Below are positions 9,955-21,691 of a DNA stretch of 64,000 nucleotides, in pieces; position 1 is the stretch's first letter, and every line of letters begins with the position of its first letter. Both the position numbers and the translations under genes were made by a program. The notes under the pieces are model-generated. The model was given only the letters and a program-made list of their open reading frames with translations, was not told where the DNA came from and did not search any database. Source of the DNA: Ignavibacteriota bacterium. GTDB lineage: Bacteria > Bacteroidota > Ignavibacteria > UBA10030 > UBA6906. The stretch is from positions 1,568,001-1,632,000 of the forward strand of contig CAWDEM010000004.1 in assembly GCA_963801355.1 (NCBI GenBank), read 5' to 3'.

Positions 9955-10423
9955 GACAGCGATCATCTTCAACCCGGAGGGGGGCCCTCTATTTCTCCGG
10001 GGACGGAAATAGTACGTAAGCAACAACAGCGACCCCGAGCACCCCAAGAGCAGCCATCCCGTACCGGAGCAGCCTCCTCCGCTTCTGCGGGAATGCCAGA
10101 GTGTGCTTCCGTGATCCGCCAGTCTGAACAGTCCCGTCTGAATTGGATCGAAGATCTACGATCAGCTCGTGGAATTGCCTGCAGCGATCCTCTGGACTTT
10201 TGGAAAGACATTTCGCCACCACCTGGTCCAGAGTGGCCGGGGCATCCTTTCGAAGTTCGACGAGAGGAAGTGGATCCGAGTTGAGAATCGAGTAGAGGAA
10301 CTTCATGGCGACGGTACGGGTGAGCTTGAGGCCCTCGCCCTTGTAGACGACGCCCATCCCGCCTTGGCCGAGCTTTGAGAGGATATTGTAGTGCGAAACC
10401 GTCTGACCGACGAGTGTAGCCAT
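9955..10423 (-). pseudogene. Ser/Thr kinase paralog with an internal deletion and C-terminal loss
   Basis: MATLVGQTVSHY...[10 protein letters not shown]...VAMKFL is joined directly to YSILNSDP, so the HRD/DFG/APE region is missing. TM retained; KMIAV (start of the TolB-like domain) lies in another frame. Confidence 0.85.
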
Positions 10424-10510
10424 GACAGTTCCTTCAGGAAGAGGGATGATGGCGAGTTAGCTCAGAAAATGAGCATAGTCAAACGCGGGCGAGACGAGGG
10501 GAGTCCTCCA

Positions 10511-10544
10511 GAAATAACGAAGCCCGACGGCGTCGGGCTTCGTT
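10511..10544 (-). terminator. Terminator hairpin downstream of the displaced tRNA-Asp 3' fragment
   Basis: Perfect inverted repeat AACGAAGCCCGACG/CGTCGGGCTTCGTT followed by ATTTC on the minus strand. Confidence 0.75.
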
Positions 10545-10559
10545 GCACATCGAATTGGT

Positions 10560-10573
10560 GCGGGGTAGACGAG
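10560..10573 (-). repeat. att site: duplicate of the tRNA-Asp 3' end
   Basis: GCGGGGTAGACGAG identical to 26943-26956. Confidence 0.85.
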
Positions 10574-10824
10574 GGTCTGGACGAACCCTCATAATGTTCG
10601 AATTCGGACTGAAACCGGCAAAGAGCGGGGCGATCATTCCGTGATAACCACAGCCAACTACGTCTTTTTCGCTAATTTCTTCCTACGCTTCGGATTGGGG
10701 GTTAGGTCACCCTTTTCATGTCTCTCCTTGATGATTTCCAGAATGTATGGCGCCAGGATCTCCGATGCTCTCTCAAGTCGCTCAGTCGGCGAGAGGTTGG
10801 GATTCAAAGAGTCGAAAGATGGAA

Positions 10825-11232
10825 CCCGTGCAGCACATCACGCGCCGCATAGATTGCCGGCGTTGAACCCGGAATATCGACCATGCTTCTCTTGAAACGC
10901 TCATTGGGAAAGAAATTCACGTTGTTCGGATCGACCACCGACACGCCATCGACAATGAAAAAATACGGCTAGAGATTTGGCTCAACCGGACCCACTGTGA
11001 CACTCCAGATACCGGCTGTGTCGCGCTGAAGACGCTGAGGGACCTTGATGAATTCAGCGTTCAATTCTATTTTCTTGGCATTGGGGGCTTTGAAACAAAA
11101 CGTCACGGTGCAGTCAGGATGCACGATAGGCGATTCGATCGGTTGGACCCAGGACCTTTGTGCCTTGACGGGAACAGCGAGAACGAGCACATGAAGCCAT
11201 ACCAATACGCCGAGAACGCTTCTCTTTTTCAT
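10825..11232 (-). pseudogene. Esterase (CE1-like, N-terminal Ig/CBM48-like domain), nonsense mutation and truncation
   Basis: SPIVHPD.TVTF..KAPNAKKI...GIWSVTVGPVEPNL*PYFFIVDGVSVVDPNN...RDVLHG; homology continues in frame past the TAG at 10969-10971, then stops before the catalytic domain. Confidence 0.85.
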
Positions 11233-11299
11233 GTGTCTAGTCTTTCCCAATGTCTGTTTCGGAAAAGACCCATGTGAAGTGAAGGCAAGACCATGCAGG

Positions 11300-13705
11300 T
11301 CAGTGAGTTTCCTCCACAATCATTTTGTCAAAATTGAAAAAGTCGCCTCCAGCAACGAACTTCAGCACATGTTGACCGGCATCGAATTTCACCGTCTTCT
11401 TCATAATCGTCCAGTTCTGAAATCCTTTAGTATTGGGAACCACAACAGGACCTGTTCTATCCGCACCATCGCATTCCAGACGGAACCTCCCGCTATCGTA
11501 GGATGAAGCAACATAGACAGAGATCTGGTATGTTGCAGAGTTGCTGACAGTAACCGTGTACGCCATCCATTCTCCCGCATGGATCCACCCCACGTCGTAG
11601 CCGCCTGCAGCGCATTCCTCAATATCCACTCCTTCATTGAGCCGATATTGTCCCCCTTCATTGACCTCATCTCTGTCGTAGTACGCATCACCGGAGCAGC
11701 CGATATCGAAGTCTTCGGCTTCAATAGCGCACGGGATTAAATGTCGTGTATATGCTTCCTGTATCATCTCACAGACTTCCAAGAGTTTCCAGCCAAGATG
11801 CGAGCTGTCTTCCAAGTTGACTAGTCCTGCCCTGGCTCCTTGTGCGAGGACCGAGTTCACGGACAACGCTAACCCGGGAAACTGTTTGTTCGAAATTCTG
11901 AGCAGTCCACCGTGTGCGCTTTCGACTCTCCACACTTGGTTGTCACTATGTGATGGAATCGACATTGTGAGTCGGTGACCTAAAGGATCGTACTCCAGTA
12001 CCTTCCGGTTGTTGTCGCGGCTCAGAATCCTGTAAAAGCCCTTCCCTGTGGACTCCAAATTCCACTGGTTTTCAGGGACCTTTCTATTTCCGGTCATTGT
12101 CAGATCAGAACCAAGCACCAGACTGCCAGTGTTGTTGCCAGGGACGAGGTAATAATGCCGTGCGCAGTCGAGATCCGCATACTTGTCGAGTGGCGGGATT
12201 TTTCCATCGAACCGGAATCTCAGAACGTATGCCATCTCTTCGAAAGACCGTTCTGGCAGGCTCACGACCACTCCGTTTACGTCCTGGATGAATTCCAACG
12301 GCAGATATTTCCCGGCCCCGCCGTTGAGAAGTTCTACAGATCTGAGGTTCTTGAGATCGATCCTTGTGGAAGACAATGCAGCGAGCCGTATGTCCTTCTG
12401 TCCATTTCCCCAACCCAGCAGAATCGCATACAGCGCCGAGTTGTCTTTCGACTTCGTGTAACGAACATCCCTGGCTGTTCCCTCAGCCGGAGCCGTGAAG
12501 ATGCCGAAGGCGGCTCCCATCTTTGTCGGTCCCTCACCGTATGTTTCCCACGCCCGCGTTGCGTAGACTGCCTCACCGTACTTCTTAAGCCAGACACCCA
12601 TCGCAAGCAAAACCTCCTTTTGTTCCTGTGGGATCATACCGTCAGCCCTCGGAGAAATGTTGAGAAGCAAATTCCCGTTCTTGCTGATTCTGTCCAGGAA
12701 GCCGTGCAGGATCTGTTTCTTGGAGTAGTATCTAATCCCCTCGGTGTAGCACCAACTCGATGAACTGATGGCATCATCGGTGAGCCAGTAGTTGTCGGTG
12801 ATATCCGTAGGGCCGCCTCGTTCATAGTCCAGCACAGCACATTTGTCGTTCAACCCATCCTTGTATGTGGCTACGACTTCCTTGTTCCACTCAGCAGCCT
12901 TGTTGTAGTAGTAAGCCAGGAAGCGCAGAAGAACTGGTTGCGAAATGGCAGGCAAGTTGAAATCCTGCCAAAGGACGTCGGGTTCGTAGTTGTCGATGAT
13001 TTCCTTGTGCTTGCTTAACCAGAACGCCTCGTTTTTGTCTTTGCCCTGCTGTCCATAGAGCATTTGAAGCTTCGGATCGTTCGTTTGAGGAACCACATTG
13101 TAGTATCCGGTGATATTGTACGCATGGTGCATAGAAAGGACTATCTTCATGTTTCTTTTACGGATCGCATCAGTCAGCAAACCAACGAGATCAAGTTTGG
13201 GACCCATGTCTTTCGCGTTCCATGGATTGACCCTGCTCGCCCACATCGAAAAACCATCGTGGTGCTCGGCCACGGGGCCTGCAAACTTTGCCCCTGCATC
13301 AACAAAAAGCTGTGCCCATTCGTCAGGATCGAACGCTCCGCCTTCCGACTTAAGTCTCGGCGTAAACTGAACACCTTTCCCCTGCTTGTCCTTTGCCCCC
13401 ATAACAAAGTTGCTGTATGGCCACTGGGCTGGGTCCCCGTAGACCGCCGTATGGTGTTTGTTTTCCGGCGACCCTTTGATGTACATGCTGCGGGGATACC
13501 ATTCATTGCCAAATGCCGGAACGGTGTACACCCCCCAATGGAAATAGATGCCGAACTTGGCATCCTTGAACCACTCGGGCACTGGGTTCGACTTTTCCAG
13601 CGAGGAAAAAGTCGGCTGAAACCCTGACTTCTGAGTCTGAGCCGTGAGGTTGCCGATGATTCCAGTCGCGAATAGAAGAATGGTGAACGTAATCATGCAC
13701 CTCAT
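11300..13705 (-). CDS. GH29 alpha-L-fucosidase with ricin-like and CBM6-like C-terminal modules
   Basis: PEWFKDAKFGIYFHWG, AEHHDGF, NGNLLLNISP; QxW repeats; IEAEDFD...GWIHAGEWMAY. Confidence 0.9.
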   Translation of the reverse strand: MRCMITFTILLFATGIIGNLTAQTQKSGFQPTFSSLEKSNPVPEWFKDAKFGIYFHWGVYTVPAFGNEWYPRSMYIKGSPENKHHTAVYGDPAQWPYSNFVMGAKDKQGKGVQFTPRLKSEGGAFDPDEWAQLFVDAGAKFAGPVAEHHDGFSMWASRVNPWNAKDMGPKLDLVGLLTDAIRKRNMKIVLSMHHAYNITGYYNVVPQTNDPKLQMLYGQQGKDKNEAFWLSKHKEIIDNYEPDVLWQDFNLPAISQPVLLRFLAYYYNKAAEWNKEVVATYKDGLNDKCAVLDYERGGPTDITDNYWLTDDAISSSSWCYTEGIRYYSKKQILHGFLDRISKNGNLLLNISPRADGMIPQEQKEVLLAMGVWLKKYGEAVYATRAWETYGEGPTKMGAAFGIFTAPAEGTARDVRYTKSKDNSALYAILLGWGNGQKDIRLAALSSTRIDLKNLRSVELLNGGAGKYLPLEFIQDVNGVVVSLPERSFEEMAYVLRFRFDGKIPPLDKYADLDCARHYYLVPGNNTGSLVLGSDLTMTGNRKVPENQWNLESTGKGFYRILSRDNNRKVLEYDPLGHRLTMSIPSHSDNQVWRVESAHGGLLRISNKQFPGLALSVNSVLAQGARAGLVNLEDSSHLGWKLLEVCEMIQEAYTRHLIPCAIEAEDFDIGCSGDAYYDRDEVNEGGQYRLNEGVDIEECAAGGYDVGWIHAGEWMAYTVTVSNSATYQISVYVASSYDSGRFRLECDGADRTGPVVVPNTKGFQNWTIMKKTVKFDAGQHVLKFVAGGDFFNFDKMIVEETH

Positions 13706-13799
13706 GTCTCTTTGCCTTTCTCAGATATGCACGTGAATGTCACAGAGGAGATGAGGACCCTCATGGGTGGTGGCCACATTAAGTAACCGGCGTTCTGGT

Positions 13800-16415
13800 C
13801 TATTGAATATTTACGACGATCTTGTTCCCTGAATACTTGACCGTCCGATCTATCGCTGCCGATGACTCGATGCCACCCCCCCTGTTTCCTTGCACCACCA
13901 CGATATTGAACGTATGTTCCTTCATCATTCGAGGAAAAGACCCCTTCCGCGTATCAATGGTCAGCCGCCTCTGCGCATCGCTCCATTGAAATGTGATGAG
14001 AGAGTAGAGGCCCTTTTCGTAATTGTAATTGTCACTTTCGTCTTCATAGAGCGTGAACTCACCATCAGCGCCGGGATAGATTCTGATTTCGATAGGATCA
14101 GTGCTCTCTGTGGAATACTGGATACATGGCCCCATCGGAACGACCGACCCCGCTCTGACAAAGAGTGGAATCTTGTCCAAAGGAGCGGCAGTTCGTATCG
14201 TCTGTCCACCGTCGAACCGTTCGGCGGACCAGAAATCGTACCAGACTGCATGCGCCGGCAAATACACATTCCATTCAGCAACACCGGTTTCAGTAACAGG
14301 GGCAACCATAATGGCTTTGCCGAACATGAACTCAAAGGGGTGGTTCAAAGCAGAGACATCCTCACGGAAGTCCATGACCAGGGGCCGCATCACGGTCGAT
14401 CCGCCATTTGTGATTTGCCATGCTTCGGAATAGATATACGGCAGCAAGCGATAGCGAAGCCCGAGCATCTTCCGCATGTTTTCTTCAACCTTCGATCCAT
14501 ACTTCCAGGGCTCCGTCTCTGTTTGGTACCCATGTATCCGGAAGATGGGATTGAAAGCTCCCCATTGAAACCAACGGGTGAGCAGTTCTTGGTATTTCTC
14601 ATCCGCATACTGCGATGGCCCAGGACGAAAAAAGCCGCCGATGTCGGTGGTCCAGTATGGCAATCCCGTGATGCAGTAATTGAGCCCTGCTACAATCTGC
14701 CGGCGGTAGCCATCCCACGTTCCCCCAACATCACCTGACCAGTTGATAGTACCGTAACGCTGTTGCCCAAGGAACGCCGAGCGCGTCAGGATGCAGACTC
14801 GTTTCTCGGATGTTGTCTTACGCTGCCCCTCGTACACCGCCTGACTCACATACAGCGGATACGCAAGACGATAGATATCACCGGGCCCGAGGTAGGTCTT
14901 CATCCCGTGCAGGGCATCGTTCTCCGGTTCGGTCGCATCCATCCACCATGAATCGACGCCATAGGAAAACAGATTCTCGTTCAAAGTATTCCAGTACGTT
15001 TCCCTTGTGACTGGATTGAAATAGTCCAACCATTTACTATCCGATACATAGAGATCTTTCGAAACGTACTCTTTTCCAATTGCGGAATTCTTGTCCGGAT
15101 TCGACCAAATCGAAATGTTGAAGTGGGCGTTCAAAGCGTGAAGCTTGTCGATAAAACCTGCCGGATTAGCGTAGTTTGTTGTATCAAATTGTGGGACACC
15201 CCAGCCAATATTGCCCCAGTATTGCCAATCCTGCACGATAACATCCACGGGGATATTGTTTTTGCGAAATTCCTCAACCGTCTCCACAAGGTTTTTGCCG
15301 GAGGCATAGCGTTCACGGCATTGCCAATAGCCATACGCCCAACGCGGCAGCATGGGAACGTAGCCAGAGAGGTTTCTGTATGTGGCGATAACGCTGTCGG
15401 CAGACGGTCCATTGAACACGACGTAGTCGAGCAACTCTGCATTGGGTGAACGAAAGGTGGTCGCGTTGCTCACACGTGACCACGACACCGTAGGCCTGTT
15501 ACTTGCTTTGCAGACCACCTGGACTCGATGTTCACCCGCCCCAAGATGAACCAGTGCGCTCGCTGTAGGAGGAAGCCAGAAATTACTCTGGTCAATGCAC
15601 GGCTTGCCGTCGATTGCAACATACTGTCGGTTGCCCATGTCACCGAGGTTGAGAAACACGGAGTAGACTCCATCCTCGTGAACGACTAACTTCCCCACGT
15701 ACAACATCTGGTTCTGCGATATTTCCACCGTCCCGGAAGTAGTTGTCACTTCAACCATTTTCTCCCCCTCACCAGCTGAGCGCACTTTATTCTCGAGTGG
15801 AACAGGATGGTCGGCCGGGTTGAATTCCGTCAGCCCGTACTGATGCCAGAGCAATCCGTACCCTTTGCTCGAGTATACGAACGGGATCGCGATCTGGGAG
15901 TTCACCTGCGTCAGCCTGCGACTGATGCCTTTTATGTTGTAGTGTCCGTCCTGAAACTGTCCCAACCCAAAAAGGCACTCGTCGGCGGGAGATTCAAAAC
16001 TCTGTTCAACCACATAGCACGGCTTGCCCATGACAGAGTCTGGCACCAACGTCCGTGTTCCCGCCTTTTCGCTCAGGAATATTTCTCCCGAACTATCTTC
16101 AAAAGCTAATCTGCCATCTTGCTTGTCGAGAGCGACGACCATGTTTCTGACTCGCACCTCGAGTGTTGAGGGCGAATCAGAGACCGTAAACCTGGGAGTC
16201 CGGACAGCTGAAGTAAAAACAAGTTCAGGCACCCGATCATCAACACGTTTGAAGAGTTTGATCCTGACGGCATTGTCAGCCAGGGGACAAATGCTCAGTG
16301 TCCCTTCCGGCAGAACGACATTCACTCTATCGGAGAGCTGCTCATACCCGCGTGTGGCTTGTCCCACACAAAAGGAGGGGAACAGAACGACCATCAAAGA
16401 GAAAAGAGATTTCAT
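13800..16415 (-). CDS. GH31 glycoside hydrolase, probable alpha-xylosidase (PA14-like insertion, DUF5110 C-terminus)
   Basis: GLGQFQDG, WQCRERY, VQDWQYWG, nucleophile region WWMDATEPE, WSGDV, FRIHG, LYEDE. Confidence 0.9.
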   Translation of the reverse strand: MKSLFSLMVVLFPSFCVGQATRGYEQLSDRVNVVLPEGTLSICPLADNAVRIKLFKRVDDRVPELVFTSAVRTPRFTVSDSPSTLEVRVRNMVVALDKQDGRLAFEDSSGEIFLSEKAGTRTLVPDSVMGKPCYVVEQSFESPADECLFGLGQFQDGHYNIKGISRRLTQVNSQIAIPFVYSSKGYGLLWHQYGLTEFNPADHPVPLENKVRSAGEGEKMVEVTTTSGTVEISQNQMLYVGKLVVHEDGVYSVFLNLGDMGNRQYVAIDGKPCIDQSNFWLPPTASALVHLGAGEHRVQVVCKASNRPTVSWSRVSNATTFRSPNAELLDYVVFNGPSADSVIATYRNLSGYVPMLPRWAYGYWQCRERYASGKNLVETVEEFRKNNIPVDVIVQDWQYWGNIGWGVPQFDTTNYANPAGFIDKLHALNAHFNISIWSNPDKNSAIGKEYVSKDLYVSDSKWLDYFNPVTRETYWNTLNENLFSYGVDSWWMDATEPENDALHGMKTYLGPGDIYRLAYPLYVSQAVYEGQRKTTSEKRVCILTRSAFLGQQRYGTINWSGDVGGTWDGYRRQIVAGLNYCITGLPYWTTDIGGFFRPGPSQYADEKYQELLTRWFQWGAFNPIFRIHGYQTETEPWKYGSKVEENMRKMLGLRYRLLPYIYSEAWQITNGGSTVMRPLVMDFREDVSALNHPFEFMFGKAIMVAPVTETGVAEWNVYLPAHAVWYDFWSAERFDGGQTIRTAAPLDKIPLFVRAGSVVPMGPCIQYSTESTDPIEIRIYPGADGEFTLYEDESDNYNYEKGLYSLITFQWSDAQRRLTIDTRKGSFPRMMKEHTFNIVVVQGNRGGGIESSAAIDRTVKYSGNKIVVNIQ

Positions 16416-16479
16416 GGTTCGCGGGTAAGCAAATGTCCGTTTGGTTGTTTGTTTTGCTACCGGTTTCGCAGGAATTGTT

Positions 16480-18906
16480 CTAGGGTTTGACTACGACTTC
16501 TTTCCCATGATATGCTACGACTCTTTCATATGTGCCTACGGTCTCCATTCCGACACCCTTGTCCCTGGAGACCCACACAATGTTGAAGTCCCTTTCGTTG
16601 AGCATTCCAGGGAACGAACCGGTTCTATCACTGATTGTCAGGGCCTTTTTCGCATCATCCCAGCTGAATGTAATTGTCGAGTATGCACCTTTCTCATAGC
16701 CGTAATTGTCGTTCTCGTCTTCGTACAACGTGAATTCACCATTGGCACCGGAATAGACCCGGATTTCAAGTGCATCCCATTTCTTCTCCGTGGCATATTG
16801 CACGTTGGGACCAAGAGGAAGAATTGAACCTGACTTCACATACAACGGAATGATGTCAATCGGGGTTTCTTTCCCTACAGATTGTCCGCCTCTTAATCCT
16901 TCGCCCGTCCAAAAATCATACCAGTCGGTTCCTTTCGGCAGGTACACCTCATACGCTTTGATCTTGCCGTAATCCTCGACGTCAACGGTAGTGCCGGGCT
17001 TTGAATACATGGAATCAGTCACTGGACAGACAAGCAACGACTTGCCGAACATATACTGGTTGTCGATATCCAGTGCCTTCTTGTCGTCCGCAAAATCCAT
17101 CACCAGCGCCCTCATCATGGTCGATTGCTTCGCTGTGACATCCCACGCGGTAGAATAAATATAGGGCAACAGCCTGTAACGAAGGGCTATAGCGTGTGCA
17201 ATCGCATCATAGATCTTGTCACCTTTCTTGCCGAATTGATAAATCTCACGGGGGGCATCCGTTCCGTGGGAACGCATCATAGGACAAAATGCGCCGAACT
17301 GAATCCAGCGTACATAGAGTTCCCGGTAGTTTGCATCCTGCAGCTTGTTAGGGAAATTCCATAGGAAGAAACCGCCTATGTCGCTGTTCCAATACGGGAT
17401 GGCGCTGAGCGAAAAGTTCAATCCTGCCGAGATTTGTTGCCTGAGTGCCTTCCAGGATGCCACAACGTCTCCCGACCACGTGTTGGCGCCGTAGCGCTGC
17501 TGACCGGCAAATGCCGAGCGGGTAAGAATAAACACGCGTCTATCGGATGTGACGGAACGTTGATGGTCGTACAAACCACCAACCGTCATGAGCGGGAAAG
17601 CGTTACGCACTTTTCGAAATGAACCGAGATAGGTTCTGTTGTCGAAATCGGATGGCTTGAACTCCATGTGGTCGGGTTCTGACGAGTCTAACCACCATCC
17701 GTCCATCCCGAGCGAGAAGATACCTTTATTGAGGTATTTCCAAAAAACATCGCGCGCTGCGGGATTGTAGGGATCGTACACTCTTACGCCCGATGGGTAA
17801 TCCATGTTGGGCGGCCATTTCTCCAAACCGGATGCTGGCCACGTCATGAAGTCCAGGAGTGCGCCTATCTTGTCCAATTCCTTGTACTGTTTTGTCTGGG
17901 GACCAAACGAATTCCAGATTGAAACAAGCATGTGTGCATGCAGGTTGTGCACGTCATTGACCATCTTCTGAGGATCGTAGAATTCCGCATTGAGGAATTC
18001 CATGGCATTCCACAGGTAATTATTGCCCCAGTATTGCCAATCCTGTATGATACCATCGAGTGGAACTCCCAGTTCTCGGTACTTTTTTACCACATCCACC
18101 AACTCATCCTGACTTCTATACCGTTCTTTGCACTGGAAATAGCCAAATGTCCACAGTGGGAACATGGGCACTTGCCCGGTGAGGTCGCGCATCTTAGCGA
18201 TGACTCCATCCGCATTGCCTCCGTACAAAAAATAGTAATTGATACAATCGCCCACCTCCGATTTGAACGACGTGCTTTCCGGATTATCTTCAAAGAGGGT
18301 TGGAGAATAGTTGTCCCAGAACAACCCGTACCCTTTGACCGACACAAAGAAAGGAACATAATCATCTGTATTTCCCTGTATCATGTTCAATTGCAGGTTG
18401 CGCTGAACCATTTTTCCCTGCTGCTGTTGTCCTAATCCGTAGATCGTTTCATCTTTGTCCAAAACAAAAGACTGATATGCACTGTACGTTTTCACACCCG
18501 CGTCGTCGAAATCCGTAAACGCGACCCCCTTTTCTTTCTCGCGCAGCAAAGGTCTGCCACTCGAAGTTGAGAAATCGATCGCACCGCTTTTCAGGTTGAG
18601 GTCAACTTGGAGACTTGTGCTTTTCAGAACAAGCTCGTCTCCGCACTGCTTCACGCTCAGTTTCGTGTCTTGCGGAGTCTCAACGACCGAGAGGCTTGTT
18701 TTAGAAAACGTTTTCCGTCGTGGCGATTTTAGGATTCTTACTGTTGATGGATTGTAGAACTGAATTTCCACTTCGAGGGAATTGATGGTTGATGTAATCC
18801 CATAATTCGTCTTCTGGAAGTTCTGGGCCTCGCTGTCTGTAACTACCAGAAGAAGCGAAACCACAAGGAGATTTGCGGGTAGCTTCATTGTTCTTGAGTT
18901 CATCAT
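16480..18906 (-). CDS. GH31 glycoside hydrolase, probable alpha-xylosidase
   Basis: YGLGQQQ, FQCKERY, IQDWQYWG, WWLDSSEPD, WSGDV, MRSHG. Start moved to 18906 (or 18888) to avoid overlap with the esterase. Confidence 0.9.
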   Translation of the reverse strand: MMNSRTMKLPANLLVVSLLLVVTDSEAQNFQKTNYGITSTINSLEVEIQFYNPSTVRILKSPRRKTFSKTSLSVVETPQDTKLSVKQCGDELVLKSTSLQVDLNLKSGAIDFSTSSGRPLLREKEKGVAFTDFDDAGVKTYSAYQSFVLDKDETIYGLGQQQQGKMVQRNLQLNMIQGNTDDYVPFFVSVKGYGLFWDNYSPTLFEDNPESTSFKSEVGDCINYYFLYGGNADGVIAKMRDLTGQVPMFPLWTFGYFQCKERYRSQDELVDVVKKYRELGVPLDGIIQDWQYWGNNYLWNAMEFLNAEFYDPQKMVNDVHNLHAHMLVSIWNSFGPQTKQYKELDKIGALLDFMTWPASGLEKWPPNMDYPSGVRVYDPYNPAARDVFWKYLNKGIFSLGMDGWWLDSSEPDHMEFKPSDFDNRTYLGSFRKVRNAFPLMTVGGLYDHQRSVTSDRRVFILTRSAFAGQQRYGANTWSGDVVASWKALRQQISAGLNFSLSAIPYWNSDIGGFFLWNFPNKLQDANYRELYVRWIQFGAFCPMMRSHGTDAPREIYQFGKKGDKIYDAIAHAIALRYRLLPYIYSTAWDVTAKQSTMMRALVMDFADDKKALDIDNQYMFGKSLLVCPVTDSMYSKPGTTVDVEDYGKIKAYEVYLPKGTDWYDFWTGEGLRGGQSVGKETPIDIIPLYVKSGSILPLGPNVQYATEKKWDALEIRVYSGANGEFTLYEDENDNYGYEKGAYSTITFSWDDAKKALTISDRTGSFPGMLNERDFNIVWVSRDKGVGMETVGTYERVVAYHGKEVVVKP

Positions 18907-18911
18907 AGCAT

Positions 18912-21480
<2,569 letters not shown>

Positions 21481-21691
21481 TTGGAACTGATGCTTTTGAG
21501 AATTCCTCGGCAGCAGGTAAGTTCTTATCGCTCACAAGCACTTCATCATAACAACTCGAACTGCACCAGCCTCAGAAACGCGAATCAATCGAGACGCAGT
21601 ACTCGACTGCGTAGGAGCAACCTTACACAGCCGGTCGAGGGCCTTCTCAACAGCCTTGGCGGTACGGGTATCGTGGCAGTGTGTCAGATTG

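Noticed and set aside
10969-10971. Pyrrolysine or stop-codon recoding at the in-frame TAG
   Set aside because: The gene is also truncated before the catalytic domain, other genes in the window use TAG as a normal stop, and no pyl genes are seen.
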